This document shows, piece after piece, positions 41,695-53,707 of a stretch of DNA of 64,000 nt. Numbering within the stretch: the stretch's first letter is position 1; each line of letters opens with the position of its first letter. The translations under genes were made by a program, and so were the position numbers. The stretch is from Octopus vulgaris (lineage: Eukaryota), in NCBI GenBank assembly GCA_951406725.2, contig OX597839.1:18228001-18292000 (forward strand), given 5' to 3'. Below the pieces are notes generated by a model that made no database searches, was not told where the DNA came from, and saw only the letters and a list, made by a program, of their open reading frames with translations.

Positions 41695-41742
41695 GTCTTA
41701 CAGCTGTTTCTGGGATATTTTATATATCCCTTCATTGGAAAC
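41695..41742 (-). ncRNA. Degenerate minimal hammerhead motif
   Basis: Minus strand: GUUU-CCAAUGA-A-GGGAUAU(AUAAA)AUAUCCC-A-GAAA-CAGCUG-UA-AGAC. Stems and palindromic stem III are present; the core has decayed from CUGAUGA. Confidence 0.55.
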
Positions 41743-42647
41743 GATGTGAGAAAATGGTTTAGTAATAGTTATTCTAGATAAGATATGAAATAGAGAGTGA
41801 AGTGGAGGAATGAAAATAGATGTGAGATATGCAGGGATATTGCATCTGTAGATCCATTATTTAGGCAGAATGGTATACATATAAGATTCCAGTACCTTGT
41901 AAGTTCCAATAGTATTTGAAATTGGTCATTCCAAGTATAGAGTTTGTACACAGTGTTAGTGTTATCGAGGGTTTTATTTAAAGTGACTTAAAAGTAGGGA
42001 ATGTATTTGCAAGGCCAAATCGAAAACAGGAAGAGAGGAACAAAGAAAAGAAAAAAGAAAAGCGGGGAGAGAGATAATAAAGAGACGAAGAGAGGGTAAG
42101 TGGACTGGTTAGTGGTCAGTCAAGATAAATTGGTAGAAGGAATGGGGTGGTGAGGATTGTAGAAAGATATGAGAATGTAAAAAGATGATAGGGTAAGGAT
42201 TAAAGGAGTGTCAGATAGAAGGAATGGCATTCTACTTGGGCGGCTCTTGTCAAACCATCCAACCCATGCCAGCATGGGAGGTAGATGTTAAATGATGATG
42301 ATGATGCCCTTCCTAACACCAACCACCCCACAGAGTGAACTGAGTGCTTTTTATATGGCACAAGCACAGGCGAGATCAGTTTTGGCATGGTTTTTATACA
42401 GCTGGAAGCCCTTCCAAATGCCAACCACTTCACAATGTGGACTGGATGCTTTTTACGTGGCACCAGCACCAACAGGGTCACCAAGTAATTTTGCAAGACA
42501 AGGAATTTTGAGAGAGGTGGGGTCATTGGAGGAGGTGATCTTCTATCAGATGATGAAAGATTAGAGTGTGAAAAAGAGGCAGAAATATGTTTATATTGTT
42601 GTTGTTGTTGTCGTAAATAACTTCATGATAATAATTTATATTTACAG

Positions 42648-42791
42648 AAGCTGAAAAGTGGCACCACAGGTATAACAGCACTGATCCGGGGATCAACCAT
42701 CCATGTCAGCTGGTTGGGTGACTCTCAAGCTGTGCTGGTACGCAACAGTCAGGTGATAGACATGACAATGCCCCACACACCAGCCAGGCAG
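42648..42791 (+). CDS. PPM1E/F: PPM1E/F-like phosphatase exon (144 nt)
   Basis: tttacag| KLKSGTTGITALIRGSTIHVSWLGDSQAVLVRNSQVIDMTMPHTPARQ |gtaaga; SGTT and WLGDS motifs. Absent from the ORF track and translated by hand. Confidence 0.95.
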
Positions 42792-42832
42792 GTAAGACTA
42801 GTAGCAACTATAATATATACGATCTATTATAA

Positions 42833-43255
42833 GGATCTTTTCGGTTTGAACGGCAGTTTTTTCTAGCGGTGTCATATGAAATTGTCACCCATAATTATGA
42901 CCCTAGTATTGATCTATTGCATTTCAATCTATTTTAGGGTTGGGGTTAGGGTTACGGGTGGGGGGAAGGGTATCTTTTTTTCTTCACAAATGTAAATAAA
43001 CCCAATCTGTTTCTTAAACGAGGGACATATTCATAAGGCACAGAATGTTGTTTACCTCAATAGATGTCAGTGATTGGTTGAAATTGCAGAAATTGAAGCA
43101 AAAAAAAACCAAATATCTTACAAACTATAGAATTTTCTCAATAAAGCCAAGAGAAAAAGATGTTTTATAAACACATTCTACCAGAATGCGAAGTTTAAAA
43201 GTGTTTAGTTACCTAGAAATTATGTTAAAAACTGCCGTTCAAACCGAAAAGATCC
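42833..43255. mobile_element. MITE with perfect 29-bp TIRs and 8-bp TSD
   Basis: GGATCTTTTCGGTTTGAACGGCAGTTTTT ... AAAAACTGCCGTTCAAACCGAAAAGATCC, flanked by TATTATAA at 42825-42832 and 43256-43263. Confidence 0.92.
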
Positions 43256-44254
43256 TATTATAACTACTCGTTAGTATCATTAGCATACTAGGCGAAATGA
43301 TTTGAGGCATTTCTCCTGTACTTATGTTCCGAGTTCAAATTCCACTGAGTCAGACTTTCTCTTTATTCCTTTCAGGGTCAATAAAATAAGTACCAGTAGA
43401 GTACTGGGGGTCAGTGTAATCGACTTAACCAACCCTAGTTATCATTTATCTTTTATATTTTACTCGTTTCAGTCATTCGACTGTGGCCATGCTGGGGCAA
43501 CACCTTGAAGAATTTTCAGTTGAATGAATTGACACCCAGTATTTAAAAATTTTTTTAAAGCCTGGTATTTATTCTATCAATCCCTTTTGTCAAACCATTA
43601 AGTTATGGGGATGTAAACACACCAAACACTGGTTGTCATGTGATAGCAGAGGACAAAGACACACACACACATGCATATAAGACAGGCTTCTTTCAGTTTC
43701 CATCTACTAAATCCACTCACAAGGCTTTGGTTCGTACAAGCCTAGAGTAGAAGACACATACCCAAGGTCCCATGCAGTGGGACTGAACCTGGAAGCATGT
43801 GGTTGAGAATCTAGCTCCTTACCACACAGCCACACTGAGCCTATGAGTATAAAAAAAAACTGCATCCTTCTCCCATCAGTCACCATTAGCCATCATCAGT
43901 CTTCATGAGTCATCAGTCTTAGTCATTTTCAGACTCTAGCAACTTTCTATGGTTCTATTTTATCTGTTACCTCTTTCAGTCATTAGACTGTGGCCATGCT
44001 GGGGCATCACTTTGAAGAATTTTTAGTCAAAGGCTTCTTTCAGTTTCCATCTACCAAATCCACTCACAAGGCTTTGGTCAGCTTCAAGCTATAATAGGAG
44101 ACACTTGCCCAATGTCCCATGCAGTGAGAGTGAACCAGGAACCATCTGGTTGGGAGGCAGACCTCTTACCGCACAGCTACTTCTTACCATGTGCCTTATG
44201 TCTCTAATTGATAATTTTTCTTTTTTTTAATAATATATATAAATGTCTTTTCAG

Positions 44255-44351
44255 GATGAAAAGAAACGAATTGAAGATCTTGGTGGCATTGTACTCCTCG
44301 TAAGTGGTATCAGCCGTGTTAATGGTAACATCTCCGTATCAAGGGCAATTG
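44255..44351 (+). CDS. PPM1E/F: PPM1E/F-like phosphatase exon (97 nt)
   Basis: ttttcag| DEKKRIEDLGGIVLLVSGISRVNGNISVSRAI G|gtaggt; RI..LGG, RVNG and SRAIG motifs; ends in phase 1. Confidence 0.95.
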
Positions 44352-44558
44352 GTAGGTTGATATTTTTTCTTAAACCCATCTATTTCATCATCATCATCTC
44401 TCCTTTTACACTTCACCATGCTCGCATGGGTCGGGCAGACTATTGTTGAGGTTGATGGATTTTCTACAGCCAGATGCCCTTCCTGTTGCCAACCCTTCCC
44501 TGTTTCCAAGCAAGTTGATGTTTCCCTATCACCAGACATATTTTCACAGGAAGATTGG

Positions 44559-44736
44559 AAATTTATGTTATTTGCTCTCAACCGAAGCAAGGCTCGATAA
44601 CCTCACTACCTCCTCCTGGTCCATAAAAAAAAAAGTGTGGAGGGGGTCTCTAACAAAAAGTTGGGGTTTTTTTGACCAGGAGGAGGTAGTGAGGCTATAG
44701 AGCCTTGTTTCGGTTGAGAGCAAATAATATAAATTT
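44559..44736. repeat. 63-bp inverted repeat (fold-back element) inserted in a SINE
   Basis: Arms 44559-44621 and 44674-44736 differ at 4 positions. Confidence 0.92.
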
Positions 44737-46213
44737 GTCCTATTTTACAATAGGTCAAAAATTTATATTATTTAATCTCAACCAACCAATTGCAGGACAA
44801 TGGCATTCATTTACAACTGCCACATGAAGTCATGGCAAAGAGACAGTGTGTGTGTATGTATCTAAATATATATATATATATATATATATACGCAGGCATG
44901 GCTGTGTGGTAAGAAGCTTGCTTCCTAACTGCATGGTTCTCGATTAAGTTTTATCTGTTAAATACAGTTGGTTTGAATTTGTTTCAGAAAGCGGTCTATG
45001 TTTGTGATGTTTAGATGGGGTGGAGGCACTAGGAATGTGGCCTGGCTGTCAAAGGGCCAGCAGCTCGAAAAAGTTTGGGAACCATTGCTTTAGCATTTAA
45101 ACTGGCCATATCTGGCCTGAATATTATACCTGTTTTATGTTCAAGCCAACCAGATCCTGCCTCTCACACCTACCCTACAATGTTACTCTAAAATAAGCAA
45201 TCACATCATTGAAATCTCAACGCTATGAGATAAGACATGATTAATTGAAAGCAGTATGAATAAATAAGCATTACATTTGAAAGAGTAATCTGAACACCAA
45301 ATATTTTATTATTATTTATAGAATTGTCGTTCATCACCACTTCTCCATTTATCGCATAAAACGCATCATCATTTAATGTCCGTTTTTCAATGCTGGCATG
45401 GGTTGGACGGTTTGACAGGAGCTGCCTGGCAGAGTGCTTCATCAGGTTCCCATCTGATAAGGCTTGGTTTCTACTGTTGGATGCCCTTCCTAATGCCAAC
45501 CACTTTACAGAGTATGCTAGGTGCCCTTGTTTATGTGCCTCCAGCATGGTTGCAATTATGTGGCGCCATGTTGTGTACTGAGTTTGATCTAATCAACTGA
45601 CCCCCTCCCCAAAACTTTCGGGCCTTGAGCCTAGAGTAGAAAAGTATTATGTGGCACCAACACGGGAGCTTTTTACGTGGCACCAGCACAGGTACTTATA
45701 GAATATTGCTTTACTGATAAATTTTTCTGCTTTAATAATTAGATGTAAGGAAAGGTGATGAGTTGGCAGAAATAGAGATTAGTACCGGAACCATGTAGTT
45801 GGGAAGTAGGCTTCTTATCACACACCCACCTCTGAGCACTTTTTTCTTATTAATTTCTAGAAAAAAATATTAATATGCTTTCCATGCTGCAAAACTACAT
45901 TAAAGAAGATTTTTTTAAATCCTGGTAAAAATTTGACATCTTTCAAGTGGTTTGGAACATCTCCAGTGTAGCTTACCTGATTCTCATGCTTTCTTACATA
46001 CTACTGTCTGTATATACTATGGTGCGCCGATTACTTCGACAATTAGTGCTATAACCATTGCAGGTGTCTTTTTTGAGGCAAGGGACATAACTCTGCTTGC
46101 TTTAGTAATTTTTTTTTTCAATTATTAGCTATTAGCGGTGGAAGATAAAACTGGTTTTAAAAACTTTTTTAACACCATATTCTATGCTGTAATGAAATAG
46201 AAATAGATACAAA

Positions 46214-46291
<78 letters not shown>

Positions 46292-46507
46292 CATACATAC
46301 ATATATATATATTAATATTATATTATATATATATATATATATATATGTAGGCGCAGGAGTGGGTGGGTGGTAAGTGGCTTACTTACCAACCACACAATTC
46401 CGGGTTCAGTCCCACTGCGTGGCACCTTGGGCAAGTGTTTTCTACTATAGCCTTGGGCTGTCCAAAGCTTTGTGAGTGGATTTGGTAGAAGGAAACTGAA
46501 AGAAGCT

Positions 46508-46559
<52 letters not shown>

Positions 46560-46842
46560 CTGTTCCCCCCACCATCGCTAGACAACCAATGTTGGTGTGT
46601 TTACATACCCGTAACTTAGCAGTTTGGCGAAAGAGACCGATAGAATAAGTACCAGGCTTACAGAGAATAAGTCCTACGGTCGATTTGTTCAACTAAAGGT
46701 GGTTTTCCAGCATGGCTGCAGTCAAATGACTGAAACAAATAAAAGAATGTTGATATTTCCTTTTTCTAAAGATTTTCCCTCAACACTTTGTTTTTTTTAA
46801 AATTTTGTGATAAACTTACGTCATTTATCTTCTTTAACACAG

Positions 46843-48233
46843 GTGATGCTGACCAGAAGCCGTGTATTAGCAGTGATGCTGATGTGGTTACATATGAAAT
46901 GAATGGGTCTGAAGATTACTTGATGCTGGCGTGCGATGGTGCATGGGATTACCTTGAAAAACAGAAGCTGCCCTACCTGGTCTACAATCACGTGCAAAAG
47001 AACAACGGTCAGTTCTCGACCGTGGCAGAGAGCTTGATCAAGTCTGCAAGGGAGAACGGCTCCAAAGACAACATATCGGTGATCGTGGTGTTCTTCAAGG
47101 AAGAGCTGTCCGACCCACATTCTGCCTTCAATCATGCTGTTAGGGAAAACGGGGAGAATCAGAAGCACGACGAGAACCCGAATGACTCCCCGATGTGGAG
47201 CAGCAACCAAAATAGCAACAGCAACTGCGACGCATCAGCTGCTTCGTCTTCTCCGCAACAACAGCAGAGGCAGCAACATCAGCAGCACGGGAATCCCACG
47301 GATTCTAACAGCTGCATGACTCACGAATTAAAATCAAAATACGACAGCAATAGTAAGGTGGTAGTGAGTCACTCGCAGAGTGAAAGTACTGCCGGTTCTT
47401 CCGATGGCAAACACGAGAAAACTTTCGAGAATTCAGCAGAACTTGCAGATTCTTCGGAAAGTTCCAGTTTATGTTCGTCTCTGATGCAGTTCTCCAATCA
47501 GCAGCCAGTCTGCAGTTGTTTGAAGAGTCACGGGGGAAATAATAGTCTACTGAGGTGTCGAATGTCCGGTGAAGTTTGCTTGGGCACCTGTTCAAAATCA
47601 AACCTCCGACACTCAAGTTCCATATATTCAAATGGTTATGTTTCTCTGAGGAATCCCCTCAGCCGATGGTGGGACGATGTTGCTTTGTGGCGGAACATTC
47701 AGCTTTCGTATCGTTGCCTAGCTTTTGCTCAGAAACACAACCTTTTAAGGTCTTCTTTTCTCTCCGAAGAGAATTTCCATCTGAAACTTCCTGACTGTCT
47801 AACTTCTTTGTTAAAATTGCCTAACCTCCGCAATATATGTTCTCTGTGTTTGATGGAAACTTTGGTTGCTGGCAGAGAGAAAACTGTGCTGGCTTTGGGC
47901 CAGCACCCATCATCACTACTGCTTTCAGAAATATACCCACAACCAGCTACCGCTGCTGCTACTAGTACTACTACTACTACTACTACTACTCCATTCGATT
48001 ATCATGTGCTCTGCCGTAAACACCACCAAACAGTAGGGTCCAGTGCTTTGTCTAGTGATGCTGTCAAACGCCTCCTCCTGAAATTTTCTCCGGATGCTGT
48101 TGTTGCTGCTGCTGCTGTGGCATTGCAGATGCAAACTGCCATGTCGCAAATGTTACCCACTCCCTGTTGTACGTCGACTAATATACCACGTTTGTCCAGC
48201 ATCGGACCCACTCTTCTCTCAATAGCATCGTGA
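46843..48233 (+). CDS. PPM1E/F: PPM1E/F-like phosphatase terminal coding exon (end of PP2C domain plus long C-terminal tail)
   Basis: tttaacacag|GT completes the Gly codon; GDADQKPCIS...LMLACDGAWD...GSKDNISVIVVFF followed by an ~370-aa S/Q/N-rich tail to TGA at 48231-48233. The six exons total 2134 nt = 1 + 711 codons, in frame. Confidence 0.92.
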
Positions 48234-49117
48234 CAAATTGCTTTCAACTGTGGCATATAAACATCTCGCTCCCCCATTAAACACAAGTTCAAATCCATCC
48301 TCAACCGAGAGTGGAGAGAGACAAACAGACAGACAGAAACTATGATTTCTTTTGTTTTCGTTTTTTTTGTGTGTTGTTTTGTTTGTTGTTGTTTTTTCTA
48401 TTTTCTATTTGTTTTTTCTTTGTTAACATACTAATTAGCATATCCATTGATGAAGGAAGGTGTGAACAGGTTGTATGGATGCTAGGCAGGGGGAAGGAGC
48501 TGGAAGATTTTTTTTTTATCATGTTGCAATGTTTCTTTTTAATCTTTAATGTTTTTGTTGTTGTTTTTTCTCAAATCAAATTAATCAAAAAAAACATTTT
48601 TTAAATTTCTTTTTTTTTTTCTTTGGTAACTTAAAACTTTGAGCATTTATATTTGTTCTTCTACCAAAAACTACTTACATCAGTAAGTTTGTGGGAGCAC
48701 TGCATAGAGTTGTTGATTAACGAGTGTTTTATTGATGGACGGACACCACAGTACTGATTTCCAGTCCTACCGTGGCTTGTTAGGAGAACAGAAGACACCA
48801 TCAGTAGGCAGGCTGCCATGCTGTCTTACCCTAGAACAGTCATGGACAACCCATGGATAACCCCTAGCCTGTGGGACTTTCTGAATGGTACGCCTAATGA
48901 AAAATTACTTTCAATTTTTTTCTTTAGTGTGACTTGCCTGATGATGAACCATGTCTCACATGGCCCCCACTTCTCATAAAAGATTGCCCATGCCTGCCCT
49001 GGGAAAGTATTGCACAGTGGATCTTAACCCTTTTTTATAGTACCTCTTTTTAAGTAGTTGTTATGCCTAGCACCCATCTAAGTGGTGAGTGAGGTATCAT
49101 AACTAAACTAAACTTAA

Positions 49118-49338
49118 CCCTTCCGTTACTGTATTTATTTTGAGATGCTGTGTGTTTCTTTCAATTACTTTAAATATAACAAAGAATTTAGTAAAATAAC
49201 TTAGTTATCATTCAGCTAGTTTTAGGAACATAAATTGTGACAAAGGTTTGGTGGAAGTTTTTAATTCAAAACTTATGAAAACAAGATATTTGTACTACAG
49301 AGCCAGAGGCAGTTACAGTCGGGTTGGTAATGAAAGGG
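49118..49338. mobile_element. piggyBac-type MITE (TTAA TSD)
   Basis: TTAA|CCCTTCCGTTAC ... GTAATGAAAGGG|TTAA; a paralogous empty site is visible near 49610-49630. Confidence 0.88.
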
Positions 49339-52300
49339 TTAAAATGGATGATAATTTATAAATTTTCCTCTGAAAATGGTTTGTATAAGCTCTTAACAGT
49401 GAAATGATAAAAAAAACTAATTAAGACAAAAGTTGTTAATTTACTTCATACATTGCAGGTAAATAACTTCCCTATGCTTGATGAGATCTCATTTTATTTT
49501 AATAACCATTAACAGCTTTATCATGTATAATATAATTACTGCTATAGGTAAAATTTAGTATATTAATCATGTTACTACACCTGAGAGGTGAGTGAGGTGT
49601 CATGTTTAAACTAACTTAACATAGATGATAATTTTACTCAAAAACTGGACAGTATAAGATTTTAAGAGAGAAATGATTAAAAAAATTAATTAAGACAAAG
49701 GTTGTAACTTTATTTCATATATTGCAAGTTAATGACTTCGCTGGTGAGATCTAGTGAAATTTTCTAGATCAGGTTCGATGTTAGTCAAAATAAGTCGTAG
49801 GTAGGTAACTCATCAAGAGATTGTTCCAATGATGCAGTGGATTAGAGAAATATCCAAGTGTGTCCCAATCACCTTATAAAGTAATGGTTAATCTTTGAGA
49901 GAGTGAGCCAATAAAATTAATTAATTCAACATCACTACTAATCATTTATAATGACAAAAAAATGTTTCTAAATTTGGAATAAATGATATTTTTTAAGGGA
50001 GAGTTAAGAGACTGGTGACTTTACAACAATGAAAGGGTGCCATTATTTAAAAATTATATCTTCACGTGTGAGATGTCTTCAGGGAGCTGGTCATTAATTA
50101 CCATTGTTACTATTAATGTTTATATTAGCCTTTCACTGCCCGCCCCCTACCCCATAACTTTTGGTCTCCTGCCTGTGTTAAAATTTATTATCATTATTAT
50201 TATTAAATGGGCGGAGAGCTGGCAGAACCATTAGCATGCCATGCAAAATGCTTAGCGGCATTTCATCCGTCTTTACGTTCTGAGTTCAAACTCCGCTGAG
50301 GTCAACTTTGCCTTTCATCTTTTCAGAGGTGATAAAATGAGAATCAATTGAACACCAGAGTCGATGTAACTGACTGACCCCCTTCCCCCAAACTTGCTGG
50401 CCTTGTGCCAAAATTTGAAATCATTACTGTTAGTATTATTGCTGGCAGAATCGTTAGCATGCCAGGTGAAATGCTTAACGGTATTTTGTCTGTCTTTATG
50501 TTCTGAGTTCAAATTCCGCCTAGGTCGACTTTGCTTTTCATCCTTTCAGGGTTGATAAATTAAGTACCAGTTGCATACTGGGGTCAATCTAATCTACTAG
50601 CCCCCTCCCCCAAAATTTTGGGCCTTGTGCCTAGAGAAGAAAAGATTTTATTATTTTAGCTTCTCTCACCTCTACCTCCATTCTTCAACATCTTCTTCTT
50701 CTGTGTTTTTTACACCTCTTTCTTACCAGTCTCTGATATTCCCTTTTTAAATCTCTTTTGTAACCTTTTTAATCTGTCTTCTCCTTGTCCCCTTTCTATG
50801 TCAGTTTACCTTGTCTCTTTTCCATCAATTCCTCCCTCCGTCTCTCTCTCACCTCTTGATTATATCTTGTCTTTCTCACATCCCTTTCTCATCAGTAGCA
50901 GAACCCTTTTCTATTTCTCCTTTATCGCTGTTTTCCCACTGTTTAGCTACATATTAAAACTACTATGAACCCACCATCCATTCATATAAAGCAAACACAT
51001 ACAAATTAATCTGAACATACACACAGTCAAATACATACAAACAGCATACATGTGTGTGTGTCTATAAACATATACATACATTCACACATTCACTCTCACA
51101 CATATACATTAGCAAACTGCAATGTAATATTGTGCGCAAAAACATTTGTTGGTTTTTAAAATAGATGTGTGTGTGTGTGTTCATTTAATGTCGACTATCA
51201 CAAAAACAGAGTTGTCGATACCATAATATTTTATGAAGGCCCTGCACACTCTCAGGTGAAACTCAGAGTAGCAAGAGCCTGATTCTTCCAAAATTATATA
51301 TATATATATGTATCATAGGCATAGGAGTGGCTGTGTGGTAAGTAGCTTGCTTACCAACCACATGGTTCTGGGTTCAGTCCCACTGCATGGAACTTTGGGC
51401 AAGTGTCTTCTACTATAACCTCAGGTTGACCAAGGCCTCGTGAGTGGATTTGATAGGTGGAAACTGAAAGAAGCCCATCGTATATATATATATGTATGTG
51501 TGTGTCTGTGTTTGTCCCCCCAATATTACTTGAAAACCGATGCTGGTGAGTTTATGTCTCCGTAACTTAGCAGTTCGGTAAAAGAAAATGATAGAATAAG
51601 TACTGGGTTTGCAAAGGATGAGTCCTGGGGTCGATTTGCTCGACTAAAGGTGGTGCTCCAGCATAGCCGCAGTCAAATGACTGAAACAAGTAAAAAAAAT
51701 AAAAGAATATATATATATATAATTTAGGTTAAAATACGTTTGCAACATATTTCAACTGCTAAAAAGCAAATTCACATACTATGGAGAAAATATCTCTCTT
51801 GCAACACATGGCAACATACACAATAGTCAATTCCTAAGCATGACAGAATGTGTGAATTATTCTCAGCAGTCAGAACAGAGCATCAACACAATACCTCAAA
51901 TAATAATAGAACGATGTTTTTGCCAATTAAACTTTGAATGAAGTATGAGCCATTTGAAAAATTTTCACTGACTGTTGCAATTGGTTGATATGGTACCAAT
52001 CAACTAATTGGACCAATATATTGCAATTAAGTTTTCATTAATTAATTTTTTACAACCCTTGTTCCTAACCACATAGCTCCAGGTTCAGTCCCACTCCATG
52101 GCACCTTGGGCAAGTGTTTTCTACTATAGCCTCATGTCAACCAAAGCCTTGTAAGTGAATCTGGCAGACGGAAACTGAAAGAAGCCTGTCGTATATATAT
52201 ATATATATATATATTTATGTGTTTGTGTCGGTGTTTATCCCCACTACAATCATTTGACAACTGATGTTAGTGTGTTTATGTCCCCGAAACCTAGTAGTTT

Positions 52301-53344
52301 CGCAAAAGTGATCAATAGAATAAGTACTAGGCTTACGAAAAATAAGTCCTGGGGTCGATTTCTTAGACTAAAATCCTTTAATCTGGTGCTCCAATATGGC
52401 CACAGTCAAATGACTGGAATGTGTAAAAAAAAAATTAATAAAATAAAATAAACAAAAAAAGAATGTATGTAACAGACACACACACACACACACAAGCTTA
52501 TCCATACATACACACTAACCTAACGATTTGAGGGCATTTTGGTGGTGGCGGAGTGGTGTTGATAATTCTTTATATAGCATGTGCGACTGTTACATCTGTT
52601 CTTACTTCTCTTCCTTGTTCTCCCACAAATACATCAATAAATACATTTTTTTTTAAAAAAACCTCTCAGGGATTTTCAGTGTTTGTATTAAAATAACCCT
52701 GGAATGTCCTTTTGTTGTTGTTTTTGTTGTTGCTGTTGTTGTAATATGAATTTTTGATGAAATTTTTTTTCCTTTTCTTGGGCATGTGTGTATGCGTCTG
52801 TGTGTGATAGAGAGAGAGAATAATTTTATTTGGAATATAAAAATAGAAAATAGTTGTTTTTCTTTAATAATTGTTTTCCAAAATCTATATATATATTATA
52901 TACATTTATATACATATATTGTGTTTATATGTATTTTATATATATATAAAATATATGTATTATATTATATATATATTATATATAAATTTCTATTATATTA
53001 TACAGTAATTCGTAAGAAGTTGTTTCTCAAGCAAAATACATTGTGTAGACTGAATATATTCATCATAATATAGTAAAATAAATACAACTACTTCATAAGA
53101 TGGATGTGATTCAAGAGAGAGAAAACCCAACACTCAAATCATTTCCATCTGAAGACTGACTGGTCTGTTTGCCCTAAAACTTTGGCATGGAACAGTTATA
53201 TTTATCTGCTATATGATATATATATATATATATATATTTGATAGTTTTCTTTGATAATTTTTCTTTTACTTACCTATCCACCTTCCCTCAGCAACCTTGG
53301 ATTCTGGAAATTATTTTTATCCATGCATCTATTTATATGTGTGA

Positions 53345-53346
53345 TA

Positions 53347-53403
<57 letters not shown>

Positions 53404-53434
53404 CACATACACACATATTTATACATACATACAC

Positions 53435-53490
<56 letters not shown>

Positions 53491-53705
53491 ATATATATGT
53501 ATATATACACACATATACGCATGCATATATATATATGTGCATATACATAAATATATATATGTATATATATATGTGTGTGTTTGTATATATATATGCATAT
53601 ACATATATATAGATGCATATATATACATACATATATATACACATACATATATATACATATACATATATATACACACACATACATACACACACACACATGC
53701 ACATA
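53345..53705. repeat. (TA)n/(CA)n compound microsatellite
   Basis: Direct inspection of the sequence. Confidence 0.95.
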
Positions 53706-53707
53706 TG

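Noticed and set aside
42933-42965. Interstitial telomere
   Set aside because: Only a few degenerate TTAGGG units, internal to a MITE.
44680-44700. let-7-like GAGGTAGT in the hairpin arm
   Set aside because: Only the seed-length match agrees, and the stem and loop are too long for a pre-miRNA.
53077-53082. AATAAA as the gene's poly(A) signal
   Set aside because: Many AATAAA hexamers lie downstream of the stop codon in AT-rich DNA, and one cannot be chosen without transcript data.
53149-53175. Plus-strand CTGAAGA followed by a short stem
   Set aside because: No GAAA or stem III follows.
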